A stretch of DNA of 64,000 nucleotides from Candidatus Poribacteria bacterium (GCA_965222225.1 CBDCTK010000002.1:3072001-3136000); one strand, 5' to 3'; positions 1 to 10,073 are shown, counted from the first letter of the stretch. The notes: generated by a model not told the origin, from the letters alone. Numbers and translations are program-made.

Positions 1-487
1 CCGTTGAGTTATGGGTAACAATGGGGTTTGATTCCGACGAGGTCTCAGATGAACTTTTCCTGTTCATGACTTACAAACGTGGTTCCGATGCTGTATTCCT
101 ACAGTTTGATAATGGCGGGATCGCGCGGATGCGGATAAGAGCACTGGTGCATGGCATAATGCCGATAGTGCCCCACTCAGGTGGAAAATGGGCGATCATC
201 ACCACATGGCGGGGACATGGGGGGCCGACGGCTTGAAACTCTACTTAGACGGTGAACTTAAAGGTGAATCCAATTTCAAAAAGGGACCTACCCTGTTCGC
301 GCAAACCTTTGAGATTAACAATGCTTCTCCGCCCGATCCGGTATTCCCAACGAATTGCGTCGTTGATGGGTTGCGACTCTCCGACCATCAGAAGGAAGTC
401 GATGAATTGGTAATGGACGATCCGGCACCTGTGCAACCAATCGGCAAACTCACAACAACGTGGGCACGGATTAAGCGCGCCAAGTAA
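1..487 (+). pseudogene. LamG/concanavalin-like domain protein, C-terminal part, with TTTWARIK tail; frameshift near 143 (or sequencing error)
   Basis: Frame of ORF 21 (VELWVTMG...RMRIRA) continues in frame of ORF 188 (GAWHNA...HHMAGTWGADGLKLYLDG...VDGLRLSD...PVQPIGKLTTTWARIK); 5' end lies outside the window. Confidence 0.65.
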
Positions 488-789
488 CAATCACTGTGGG
501 GACGCGGGGAATCACACATTCCGGATTCCCGCGCTTGTCCGATTAGATGTGGGAACGCTGTTAGCCTTCTGTGAAGGCAGACAGGGAGGCGGTGGGGATT
601 CGGGAGACATTGATATCGACAATCTGAAGTGCGCAAGTCACAGCATCTGGTCTCTTCATACGTAGGGTTGGCACTGCCCGCCGTCCCAAGCGACGCGGTG
701 TGCCATGTAAGCCTTTCAAGCAACTCCCTACCCCATTTGCGATTTGATGATCGCAGATTGCCATCGGTGCTTTCAAAGGCTGGTGGGCA

Positions 790-1170
790 AGGGATTCCTA
801 TCGCGCTCACTATCCGTTCGTTTAATCGCTCCTAACAAGGACTTATACCTGTGAGGACTTCTATCGCACTCCCTATCCGGTCGCTTGATCCTTTTTCAGT
901 CGCTTGAACTATTCGGTCAGTTGGTCCTTATTCAGTAGCTTGAGAAGATCTCTATCGATCAAGTGAGCGAACAGCGAACGCGATAGCCCATCTTGTTCGC
1001 TATTCGGTTGCTTGATCTATCTGCCCAGTTCACTATTCGCTTGAGGGATTTGCTATCAAGACTTTCTATCGCCTTAGGCTCCCTATCGCGCTAGGATCTC
1101 TATTGGGATTAGCTATCGCGGTCGTTATTCACTCCCTTGATCCTTCGCTATCCGGTCGCGTGATCCCTTG
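790..1170. repeat. Nested cluster of ~36-nt GA-hairpin mini-elements
   Basis: Complete copies at 790-825, 853-888, 959-994 (opposite orientation) and 1105-1140, plus stacked leader (GGA..TATCGC) and tail (TATTC-nn-TC-nn-TTGA) fragments. Confidence 0.85.
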
Positions 1171-1189
1171 AGAACGAGGCAATTAAGAC

Positions 1190-1219
1190 TTGATACTCAG
1201 GTAAGCGTTGGTGTACACT
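1190..1219 (+). promoter_or_regulatory. Putative sigma70 promoter of the TA operon
   Basis: TTGATA-18 nt-TACACT upstream of RBS AAGGAG and the GTG start at 1267. Confidence 0.4.
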
Positions 1220-1266
1220 TTTCCCGTGAGTAGACTAGACTAAGTGTAGCTAATAAGGAGAAGGCG

Positions 1267-1503
1267 GTGAAAATTACCAATATTCATAAAGCCAAGACTC
1301 GATTTTCGCAGCTCATTGAGCGGGCGCAAGCTGGTGAAGAGGTTATCATCGCTAAAGCGGGGGTGCCGGTCGCCAAGCTCATTCGCTACGATGAAGGCGA
1401 CGCTCCCCGCCAGCCGGGGTTCTGGCGCGGAAAGGTGAGGATTGCGGATGATTTCGACGAATTGCCGGAAGCATTTACCACATTTTTCGAGGAGGGAAAC
1501 TAA
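1267..1503 (+). CDS. Phd/YefM-family antitoxin (VapB-like)
   Basis: NIHKAKTRFSQLIERAQAGEEVIIAKAGVPVAKL motif; stop overlaps start of PIN toxin gene. Confidence 0.9.
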   Translation: MKITNIHKAKTRFSQLIERAQAGEEVIIAKAGVPVAKLIRYDEGDAPRQPGFWRGKVRIADDFDELPEAFTTFFEEGN

Positions 1504-1888
1504 TGGTTCTTTCACTCGATACACATGTGCTGCTATGGTGGCTCGCTGATGACGCGGCGCTTTCCCAAACAGTACGTGCGGCGATTTCAGATGGAAGGAA
1601 TCTCGTGTTTGTCAGTGCCGCTGCCGCGTGGGAAATAGTGATTAAAAGCGCGCTGGGTAAGTGGGTAAGCTTGATATACCGTCTGATTTGGAAGCCGCTT
1701 TAACAGCCAATCGATTTCAACCGCTGCCGATAACGATTCCTCATGCCCTAGCCGTTGCAGATCTCCCACATCATCATAATGACCCTTTTGATCGCCTGTT
1801 AATCGCGCAGGCGAAGGTTGAAGGTTTTACACTGGTTACCGCGGATGAGCAAATCAAGAAGTATGATGTTTCCATCATGGAAGCATGA
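1503..1888 (+). pseudogene. vapC: VapC PIN-domain toxin, frameshifted by an 8-bp tandem duplication
   Basis: LDTHVLLWW...SAAAAWEIVIK and HNDPFDRLLIAQA...VTAD lie in different frames; TGGGTAAG is duplicated at 1654-1669. Confidence 0.85.
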
Positions 1889-1892
1889 GCCT

Positions 1893-2119
1893 GTAGGTTG
1901 GATTGATGGGCGTCAACGCCAATAAAATTACCCGCACGGGGTTCGAGGTTCAATACGACTTGAAACTCTCGCGCCCACTGAATCCCAATTTGATAATCAA
2001 CGTTGGGTTGGATTGAGGTGTTGGGTTTCGTTCTGATTCGGTTCAAGTCCGCCTGATTGAAAAGCAAAAGCTCATTGTGATTTACAGTGATTCGCATTTA
2101 ACCACTCAACCCAACCTAC
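1893..2119. repeat. Inverted pair of GTAG-type REP sequences (GTAGGTTGG(G/A)TTGA family)
   Basis: GTAGGTTGGATTGA at left, TCAACCCAACCTAC at right; same family near 8868, 23083, 24023, 24285. Confidence 0.7.
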
Positions 2120-2159
2120 GTCACTGCACAATGAAGCCGCAGTGATTTTGCTCCGCAGG

Positions 2160-2279
2160 GTGAGTGCAGCACGAGAAACGGGAGGTGATGTCGCCGTATT
2201 CGTGCGGTTTGAAGAGGTCTCGGAGGACCTCGTCGGCTACGTTCCAGACGAGGTTAGCGAGTTCTTGGTAGTTTGCCAT
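2160..2279 (-). pseudogene. hsdM: Type I restriction-modification HsdM N-terminal remnant
   Basis: Minus strand from ATG 2279 reads MANYQELANLVWNVADEVLRDLFKPHEYGDI then, after a frameshift, LPFLVL; typical HsdM N-terminus, truncated. Confidence 0.7.
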
Positions 2280-2306
2280 GGGGGTTTTCCTTGAGATTAT
2301 GCTCGA

Positions 2307-5300
2307 TCAATGTACTCTTTCCTCGCGCATCCTTTCCCGTCCAGATTGCGCTTCCAATCCCGCCACAAATTCATCAATCCATCGATTGACATTATCGTCA
2401 TCTTCAATGTCCCTTATCTGAAGTAGCTTCTCTTTTTTCGCTTGTAAGTGCGAGCTAGCAGGGCCAAACGATACTCCAGACAAATAGTTACTCATGAGAC
2501 TGTGTTTTATCTCTTCTTGGCTTCCGTAGCGGACAAGGAACTCTCGCACCAAGGAGGCTTTCCACTTCTTGACCGAGTAGGTTTTGGGCACGACTCTTTC
2601 GGCGAAATACCATGCTCGGTTTTCTGTATCTTCGCCAATCCAGTCCCAGATTAGTTCGTGTGGAATGCGTAATAGGGCAGGTTTAGTTTCTTCCCGCCCC
2701 CAAGAACTTCCTTCTCTAAGCCATTGCTCAAGGGCAAATTTCTTTGAAGAATATTCGTGGTTCTCCAAGAGTCTGCTGACCTGCTTCCAGATTTCAGCAG
2801 GACATTTCTCCGTAATTTCGTCAAGCATTGAACATGTTCGTGAGTAAGGATTTACAATTGAGCCCTTTTCGCCAAAATGGGAAAGCATTAACGTCGCAAG
2901 TTTCAGCTTTTTTTCGGGCTCGAGTTGAAGGAATGCTTTCGAAATCTCTGTCCAATAGTAGTCTCTCATTGTAGAATCAACGCGCGATCCGTCAGTCTCT
3001 TTGAACAGCGCCGGATGTGTGATCAGTCGGAATGTCAATTCAAACGGCAAGGTCGGCTCCGTTTTTTGAAAAACGTGGTAGCGGTGGAAGAGATTCACCG
3101 CAAGCGACACAGAAGTTTTGTCGGTGACGCGCAGTAGAAATGTCATCCATTCCGTGAAGACTTTATCGGAAAGATTGTTGATCTGTTGTCCATACGCAAA
3201 GAATCTAAACTGGCTAATGTCAATGATGTCTCTTTCTGCAAGGTCGAGAATACGTAATCCTGCCCGATCTGTTAGTCCTGAACGGTTGGTAAGTTCTGGA
3301 AGCAACAACCTTAATTTTGCATCATCAATGAGTGCGTCAAGTTGTGTCTCCCATAGGCCTGTGTCCGATTCAAAAAGCGCGCTGTAATAACCGCCGAGAA
3401 AAGCGGTGCTCGCATTTTCACCCGCGTTTCGCTGAGCATCAAGGAGCATTGGCAAAAGGGAGAATCCATCGTCTCTTTTCGCAAGTTCACGTCCAAAATA
3501 GTATCCCTTCTGTGCCTCGGTTGTGACAAGCCAATCTAGTTCTGATTGTAACAGGATTGCATTGTCAAGAGCTCGTTTGGCGAGTTCTTCAATATGTGGT
3601 TGTGCTCGATCTACCTGATTTCCGTCTTCATCGAATTCGTCCTCCAACAAAGCCATACCGACGTACCGTTTCATCATGAATTGAAAGTCAGGTGTAACTA
3701 ATTTATCCATGAGTTGCTCCCACAGCTCTAAGGTTTTGGCAGGTATATCGCTGCCATCGTAGTGTAGGATTTGCTTAACGGTCTCAACAACGTGCCTTTC
3801 GCTTACATATCTTTCTTTTACAATCGTACCGACCGTTTCCACAACCATACCAGCTAAAGCCGGAATTCTTCCAATCTCACGCGCACGTCCGATTAGAATA
3901 GTCGCACCTTCTTTACGCTCGTCTTCGGGTAAACATCTCAACCGTTCTTCTAGTAGCTTCCACACTTTGCGGAGAGCATCCAAAAATTGGCCATATGTCT
4001 TGGGTTCCCATAATTTAGGTTTCTGACGCAGACCTTGATATTCTGGACTTCCAAATCGCGAAAATTCGCTTGATTCTAAAGCTACATCACACGCCTTCAA
4101 TGCCAAGGAACGTTGTGCTTTTGATTCCGAATCAATCGCGCCCTGCAAGATAGGAAATCGTTCTTTTGGAGATGCTTCTGTCGGTGCCACACCGCCAGGT
4201 GCCGGCGAGAAGAACTCGGCAAACTTTCCCTCACCAAGAGCAAGGAGTAATTCTGCAGCGTCCGCAAAATGCTCCTTCCACACAGCAATCTTTTCGAGTG
4301 CTAATACCACGTAAGTACCTTCGACGAATTGCGATAGGGTTTCCCCATCACATGTCCTAACTGTTTTCTTAAGGCATTCTAGGGCGGATTTTGGGTCTGC
4401 TTCAGTCAGTGCCAAGAAAAAGGGGCCGCCGTGACTTGTCTGCAAATAGTTTTGTTGTTGGAAGGGACCGTCTGGGCCGAGAAGGTCCTTGACAGCACTT
4501 AATGCCACGCCCGACCTAGACGCGTACGAAAACATCTCATAGAACCACTCGATTAATTTTGATTCGCAGGGAAAATCTTTAATGAATTCATCTAAGTCAA
4601 AGGTTCTGCCATAGATATCCCACCATTCTGTCCATAACTTGATCTGGAGGGCTTTGGGCGTAATGGCAAGTGTATAATCCCCGTCAAGGATTTTACGTTT
4701 CTTTAGGTTGTCAACGATTTCCTGAAATATCGTCCACGTAATCTGGGGATCCGCCTCCTCAATCTTTTTGGAAACGGCTTCGGCGTCTTCGCCAACAGGA
4801 TTCTCAAAACCGAATTGCTTAAACAGTGCCATGTATCGGAGTACCCGTCTGCGTTGTTCCGTTCTTTCCTGACTTGGATGATCTACTGGGACAATATAAC
4901 GCTCCCAAGTATTGACCGTGCTCAGTGGGGCAAGTGCATCCTTTGGATAATTTGCCAAATTCCAACCAACAACATGTGCTACTCGTGGTGAACCGTTGCA
5001 GAGCTCAACCCATCGCCTATCCCCAAGATCGGGGGCTTTCGTATGTTGTTTGATGATGTTGCTAATCTGGTCGTCGCTTAGACGTTGGGGAACATAGGGC
5101 GAAATATCTCCTGCAGCTTCTTCATGATTGTTATAGATGGTAATGAGTCTGATTTTCGGACTACGATACTTCAGTTTATCCAAAATTTCCGATCGACTAT
5201 GCAGATTGCAATCATCAATTACCACTATCGCGGAATAGTCGTTTTCGTCGTTGCAAAGCTCATCCATCAGAAACTTGTCTTGAAGAAATTGGTCAGCCGG

Positions 5301-6098
5301 GGCGTAAATCACTAGAGGCGCTAGGTCTGTGGCGTTTGTTGCTTCCAAAACAAGCCTCGTCTTGCCGATGCCGGGCCGCCCGGACACTAACATAGGATCC
5401 TTATTATCGGCGCGCCGTAAATCACTCCGAAGATTTTCAATCAATTCATCCTGAGATTCTCCATGAACAAATGGACGTTGCATGCTCGCATCTCGCGACC
5501 AACTGTCATGCGTTTGAAACTTTGCGCTATTGCGTCCATTGACCCACAAAGACAGTGATGGGAACAACTGAAGGAATCGAATAAGGGTATTTTGGGCCCA
5601 CACTTCAACCTTCGCCTTTGGATAACCACACGTTTCTAGGTAATCTTTAATGAGTTTGGAGGCTTTTTTCCGGTTGGGAGGAACAAGACAATCAATTCCA
5701 GTGCAAACTAAAACGTAAATACCACGTTCATCAAGGCAATCCTTGGTGCTTTCTCTTAAGTTCTCTTTTTCAGGGGTTTTAGGAGTTCCTTTCTTGAAGA
5801 GTTCCTTGCGCACATCCCCGTCTCGCCACGGCTTAAAGGCAGTTCCTGATCGGATTTGGTAACCGTTTTTGCCAGGGGCAATTATATCGCTCTGTTTCGC
5901 AAGTAGGTCTGCATCAACGGTAGCATCAATTCCACCATCAGGGATTTTGGTTTCACTCGGCACATTAATCTTGCAGGTTCCCGGGCCAAGTCTGTTCGCT
6001 TCAGCCCATAGCAGTTTGGTGAAGAACTCAACTGCTGTGTCCTCATCTAGTAGGTCAAGATGCTTCTTTTTGGCGGTAAATATTGTCTCGTTATTCAT
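2307..6098 (-). CDS. Large nuclease-like + STAND-type P-loop NTPase + helical-repeat protein (candidate anti-phage sensor)
   Basis: N-terminal PDGGIDA...YQIRSG (PD-(D/E)xK-like), Walker A GRPGIGKT, Walker B VVIDD, GSP motif, long helical C-terminus; visibly more AT-rich than neighbours. Confidence 0.7.
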   Translation of the reverse strand: MNNETIFTAKKKHLDLLDEDTAVEFFTKLLWAEANRLGPGTCKINVPSETKIPDGGIDATVDADLLAKQSDIIAPGKNGYQIRSGTAFKPWRDGDVRKELFKKGTPKTPEKENLRESTKDCLDERGIYVLVCTGIDCLVPPNRKKASKLIKDYLETCGYPKAKVEVWAQNTLIRFLQLFPSLSLWVNGRNSAKFQTHDSWSRDASMQRPFVHGESQDELIENLRSDLRRADNKDPMLVSGRPGIGKTRLVLEATNATDLAPLVIYAPADQFLQDKFLMDELCNDENDYSAIVVIDDCNLHSRSEILDKLKYRSPKIRLITIYNNHEEAAGDISPYVPQRLSDDQISNIIKQHTKAPDLGDRRWVELCNGSPRVAHVVGWNLANYPKDALAPLSTVNTWERYIVPVDHPSQERTEQRRRVLRYMALFKQFGFENPVGEDAEAVSKKIEEADPQITWTIFQEIVDNLKKRKILDGDYTLAITPKALQIKLWTEWWDIYGRTFDLDEFIKDFPCESKLIEWFYEMFSYASRSGVALSAVKDLLGPDGPFQQQNYLQTSHGGPFFLALTEADPKSALECLKKTVRTCDGETLSQFVEGTYVVLALEKIAVWKEHFADAAELLLALGEGKFAEFFSPAPGGVAPTEASPKERFPILQGAIDSESKAQRSLALKACDVALESSEFSRFGSPEYQGLRQKPKLWEPKTYGQFLDALRKVWKLLEERLRCLPEDERKEGATILIGRAREIGRIPALAGMVVETVGTIVKERYVSERHVVETVKQILHYDGSDIPAKTLELWEQLMDKLVTPDFQFMMKRYVGMALLEDEFDEDGNQVDRAQPHIEELAKRALDNAILLQSELDWLVTTEAQKGYYFGRELAKRDDGFSLLPMLLDAQRNAGENASTAFLGGYYSALFESDTGLWETQLDALIDDAKLRLLLPELTNRSGLTDRAGLRILDLAERDIIDISQFRFFAYGQQINNLSDKVFTEWMTFLLRVTDKTSVSLAVNLFHRYHVFQKTEPTLPFELTFRLITHPALFKETDGSRVDSTMRDYYWTEISKAFLQLEPEKKLKLATLMLSHFGEKGSIVNPYSRTCSMLDEITEKCPAEIWKQVSRLLENHEYSSKKFALEQWLREGSSWGREETKPALLRIPHELIWDWIGEDTENRAWYFAERVVPKTYSVKKWKASLVREFLVRYGSQEEIKHSLMSNYLSGVSFGPASSHLQAKKEKLLQIRDIEDDDNVNRWIDEFVAGLEAQSGRERMREERVH

Positions 6099-6475
6099 TG
6101 TTTATTCCAAACCAATTGTCGTTTTCACGAGTAAAGCAAGGCAATCATACAAAATGTCAGCCAGGGAGTCAATACAAACACAAAAGGCGCGACAGGTAAG
6201 AATACCCGCCGCGCCCTCTGTGTAGTTCCATGCAGATTAAACGTGTCTTGTGTAGTTGCGACTTGTTTCGACGTGGCCTGTCGCAAAGTCCAGAGTTGCT
6301 ACGTAAGGAGCGGCTATGTCATGTCCAGTTGCGTTGTCTTGTCGGGTTAAGGGTTAGTTTTAGCGTTATTTTGCACGGAAGTTAATGGATTGTATCACGA
6401 AGCGCGTGAAATCGCAAGCCGAAGATATAAAAAGATGGGAAATCACGATTTGGATATTGTTCGTACAAGGCCCCA

Positions 6476-6676
6476 CACCTGTCGCCATTACAGGGCTTTT
6501 CAAAGGCTGGTGGGCAGTGCCCACCCTACAGTATCCACTGTGTAAGGAGCGCAGACCTACGTTCCCTACGGTGTCGGTCGAAATCGAAAATATCCAGACT
6601 CACGCTTGAAGTTGGGTTTCACCGGGTTCTATGGGATTTCTATCGCGACTGTCGCGAGTGAAACTCGCTCCTACAG
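6476..6676. repeat. REP cluster (CACCTGTCGCC.., CAAAGGCTGGTGGGCAGTGCCCACCCTAC, TCGCGAGTGAAACTCGCTCCTAC)
   Basis: Palindromic units, two ending in CTAC (GTAG on the other strand), recurring across the window. Confidence 0.75.
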
Positions 6677-6697
6677 AGACCTACCGCTGTCACACCG

Positions 6698-7792
6698 CTA
6701 CGAGACCGTGACCGGGGTGCCGGAGCGTCCAGAGTCAATGGCGGCTTGGACGGTGGCGCATATGGCGCGCCCGGCTCGCGCGTCGAGGATGGTGTCGCCA
6801 TCGGTGTCGATTGCCTGAGCGAAGTTCTCGGGTAACCGGAATTCGTTGTCGCCGGCGACGCGTCGAAGGGGATAGTCGGCTCTCGGTTGGCCCCGATAGT
6901 AGACGTAAATCGCGGGACGTGACTCACTGATGACGAGAGCTCCCTTCGAGCCGAGAACATGAGTCTTAATTTCTCCGATGTCGGGGTGGCTCGCGGAACC
7001 GATGCGACCAATACACAGGGATCCGAGGATGTCCTTATCAATCTCCAGCGTAACGGTTGCCAAGTCCTCAATGTCGTTATCCACGCAGGCTTGATGGAAA
7101 TGTGCGGTCGTGCGGGCAAAGACCTTCTTGACAACCGCCCCGGCCAGCACCCGTATAGAGGCGAGTGGATAAATCCCCTCAACCTTTAGTTCTCCCATAG
7201 GGCCAACGCCGCCATCGGATGCGTCCGCATGCGCTCCCATCTGCCGCTCCAGTCGGTTGATGGGAGGCTTCTTGGGCTTGCTCGGATCTTTTGGCGGTCC
7301 TTTGTCCTTGGCGAAATAGAAATCGGCATGGATGGCGTAAGGTTCGCCGATCCTGCCGCTCTCCAACACCTCCTTGGCCTGGATTAGGGCTGGCAGAAAG
7401 TTGCGATTCCAGAGCAGGAACTTCACGCCGTTGCGTTTGACCGCCTCAACCACTCGGTCACACTCGGAAACGCGGTCGGACATGGGTTTATCCTGCACGA
7501 TGTGCAATCCGGCGTCGGCGGCACGGACGCTCAAATCGCAGTGGCGTTCCGCCTCCGAGCTTACCACGGCGACCTGTACGTTATAGTCCGCGATGGCGCG
7601 TTCGACATCACGGACATAGGGAATATTGTAGTCGTCCGCAAACTTCTGGTTGCGTTCATGCACCCAATCGGGCTGATCGGGGTCGTCGGCGGCGACCACA
7701 GGCTCGAAACGGGGGTGTGCCGCCATCGCGACGGGGACATAGGCGTGTTTCACGACGCTTAGCGCGACAAATCGGAACTTAAGCGAGTTCAT
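6698..7792 (-). CDS. Gfo/Idh/MocA-family oxidoreductase (paralog of 8973-10073)
   Basis: HIVQDKPM motif, DIEDLATVTL; very similar to the adjacent copy. Confidence 0.85.
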   Translation of the reverse strand: MNSLKFRFVALSVVKHAYVPVAMAAHPRFEPVVAADDPDQPDWVHERNQKFADDYNIPYVRDVERAIADYNVQVAVVSSEAERHCDLSVRAADAGLHIVQDKPMSDRVSECDRVVEAVKRNGVKFLLWNRNFLPALIQAKEVLESGRIGEPYAIHADFYFAKDKGPPKDPSKPKKPPINRLERQMGAHADASDGGVGPMGELKVEGIYPLASIRVLAGAVVKKVFARTTAHFHQACVDNDIEDLATVTLEIDKDILGSLCIGRIGSASHPDIGEIKTHVLGSKGALVISESRPAIYVYYRGQPRADYPLRRVAGDNEFRLPENFAQAIDTDGDTILDARAGRAICATVQAAIDSGRSGTPVTVS

Positions 7793-7970
7793 ATCTACCT
7801 CCGTTCAATCGTAGAGCCTGTTGAGACTGTAGAGAAGTCACGGCGGCTTGGGCGCGAACAGGCTGGGGATCGGCCATGGCAACAAACGCCGCATTCAGCA
7901 ATCCCGGCGCCACAGTCGTATAGGAGGCGGCGATTACTCCACCGCCAATCAGGGCTAATCTGGTTGTCAA
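7779..7970 (-). pseudogene. Internally deleted copy of the Gfo/Idh/MocA gene 10060-11022
   Basis: N-terminus MTTRLALIGGG...RAQAA is fused directly to C-terminus VTSLQSQQALRLNGGRYELA. Confidence 0.9.
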
Positions 7971-8254
7971 TGGATTTACACCTCCGTGTTAAGGATTTAC
8001 GTCTTCCATAGGAATCGATGTGATGGGTATTCGGATAGGATAACCGCATCTGATTTTAGATTCTTGGAGCGTCTTTCGTAATCGCCCTACTTTTTACAGG
8101 TCAATGCCCTTTGGTTGCCTTCTCCTTTTGGGACCAATGGCGTCATTTTTCGCAGATTAGCAGTTTCGACCCGCCTTATTGTTTACCGCAATACCAAGCC
8201 CCAGCGGGGATCAAACGAACGGATAGTGAGTGCGATAGAAATCCCACAGGTGCG

Positions 8255-8728
8255 TCATGTCTCGGATGCGTCGTCCGAACCAAAGACATATTTCGGATTG
8301 TAGGGGACATTAAAACGCTTCAAAAACTCAAGATATTCCTCTTTGAACGTCTGACGAGCATGATGTGCTTCCTGATTCTTGATATAACGTACAACACCGT
8401 GCAACTGAGCATGAGAATACGAGAACGCCGCGAAACCCGCCTGCCATTCAAATCGTCCGACAACCCATCTCTTTGTGTTAATAAATTTTGACGAATTTGC
8501 CTTGATGTCTCGCACCAGATCAGAGAGAGCAATGTCTGGAGCCATGCCGATGAGGATATGAATGTGATCGGGCATTGAATTAATCTGAATCACCGTCTGC
8601 ATTTTGCCAGTTATAATGCGGGTAATGTACTGGTGTGGCGCCTCTTTATGCTGTTTTGGAATGAGGCATTGTCTGCCTTTTACGGCGAAGACAACGTGCA
8701 GGTAAATTTGGGTGTACGTATCCGCCAT
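8255..8728 (-). mobile_element. tnpA: IS200/IS605-family Y1 HUH transposase TnpA
   Basis: YLHVVFAVKGR, MPDHIHIL (HUH), FEWQAGFAAFS, YIKNQ (catalytic Tyr); flanked by GCCCCAGCGGGG and CCTGTCGCCCCTCCGGGGC hairpins. Confidence 0.9.
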
Positions 8729-8755
8729 AGTGGCTTTCCTTAGAGGAACCGTTTA

Positions 8756-8975
8756 CCTGTCGCCCCTCCGGGGCTTTGGTGTTTGGAGTTTCGGCGTTGC
8801 TATACACCTTCAGGATCTCTATCGCACGGGATTTACTATCGCGCTCCCTTTTCAGTCGCTTGATGGTTCAACCCAACCTACAGGGACCTACACTTGCCGT
8901 CCCGCCGGGGATTTCAAAGGCTGGTAAGAGCTCTATCGCACTCCCTATCCGGTCGCTTGATCGGTGCGCACCCTA
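8756..8975. repeat. Composite REP array carrying 36-nt mini-element insertions
   Basis: CCTGTCGCCCCTCCGGGGCT; nested element at 8828-8863; AACCCAACCTAC; CAAAGGCTGGT[element]GGTGCGCACCCTAC. Confidence 0.8.
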
Positions 8976-10073
8976 CGAGACCGTGACCGGGGTGTCGGAA
9001 CGCCCGGAGTCGATGGCGGCTTGGACGGTGGCGCAGATGGCGCGTCCGGCTCGCGCGTCAAGGATGGTGTCGCCATCGGTGTCGATCGCTTGGGCGAAGT
9101 TCTCGGGGAGCTGGAAGTTGTTGTCGTCGGCGACGCGCTGATGGGGATATTCGGTCGCCAGTTGGCCCCGATAGTAGACGCTGACTTCGGGACGCGCCTC
9201 GCTGATGACGAGCGCGCCCTCCGATCCGAGCACATGAATCTTAATCTCGCCGATGTCCGGGTGGCTGGCGGCGCCGATGCGTCCGATGCACAGCGTTCCG
9301 AGGATGCCCTGATTCATCTCCAGCGTGACGGTCGCCAGGTCCTCAATGTCGTTGTCAACGCAGGCTTGATGGAAGTGCGCGGTGGTGCGGGCAAAAACCT
9401 GCCGAACGTCCACTCCGGTCAGCATGCGTATGTAGGCAAGCGGATAGATTCCCTCAATCTTCAGTTCCCCCATGGGATCGGCGCCCACGCCGCCATCTGA
9501 CCCATCTTTATGAGCATCAATCTGCCGCTCCAGCCAGTTGATGGCAGGCTTTCTGGGCTGGTTCGGATCTTTCGGAGGTCCCGCGTCCTTGGCGAAATAG
9601 AAATCGGCATGGACGGCGTAGGGCTCGCCTATCCTACCACTCTCCAACACCTGCTTGGCTTGGATCACGGCTGGCAGACAGTTGCGATTCCAGAGCAGAA
9701 ATTTCACGCGGTTGCGTTCGACCGCCTCAACGACGCGGTCACACTCGGAAACGCGGTTCGACATGGGTTTATCCTGCACAATGTGCAATCCGGCGTCGGC
9801 GGCACGCACGCTCAAATCGCAGTGGCGTTCCGCCTCCGAGCTTACTACGGCGACCTGCACGTTATAATCGGCGATGGCGCGTTCGACATCACGGACATAG
9901 AGGATATTGTAGTCGTCCGCGAACTTCTGATTCCGTTCATGCACCCAGTCGGGCTGATCGGCATCGTCGGCGACGACCACAGGCTCGAAACGGGGGTGTG
10001 CCGCCATCGCGACAGGGACATAGGCGTGCTTGACGACGCTTAGCGCGACAAATCGAAATTTAGGCGAGTTCAT
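8973..10073 (-). CDS. Gfo/Idh/MocA-family oxidoreductase
   Basis: AGLHIVQDKPM, ESGRIGEPY, DIEDLAT motifs. Confidence 0.88.
   Translation of the reverse strand: MNSPKFRFVALSVVKHAYVPVAMAAHPRFEPVVVADDADQPDWVHERNQKFADDYNILYVRDVERAIADYNVQVAVVSSEAERHCDLSVRAADAGLHIVQDKPMSNRVSECDRVVEAVERNRVKFLLWNRNCLPAVIQAKQVLESGRIGEPYAVHADFYFAKDAGPPKDPNQPRKPAINWLERQIDAHKDGSDGGVGADPMGELKIEGIYPLAYIRMLTGVDVRQVFARTTAHFHQACVDNDIEDLATVTLEMNQGILGTLCIGRIGAASHPDIGEIKIHVLGSEGALVISEARPEVSVYYRGQLATEYPHQRVADDNNFQLPENFAQAIDTDGDTILDARAGRAICATVQAAIDSGRSDTPVTVS

Noticed and set aside
790-1170. CRISPR array
   Set aside because: No identical repeats separated by unique spacers; units are nested, in both orientations, and no cas genes are present.
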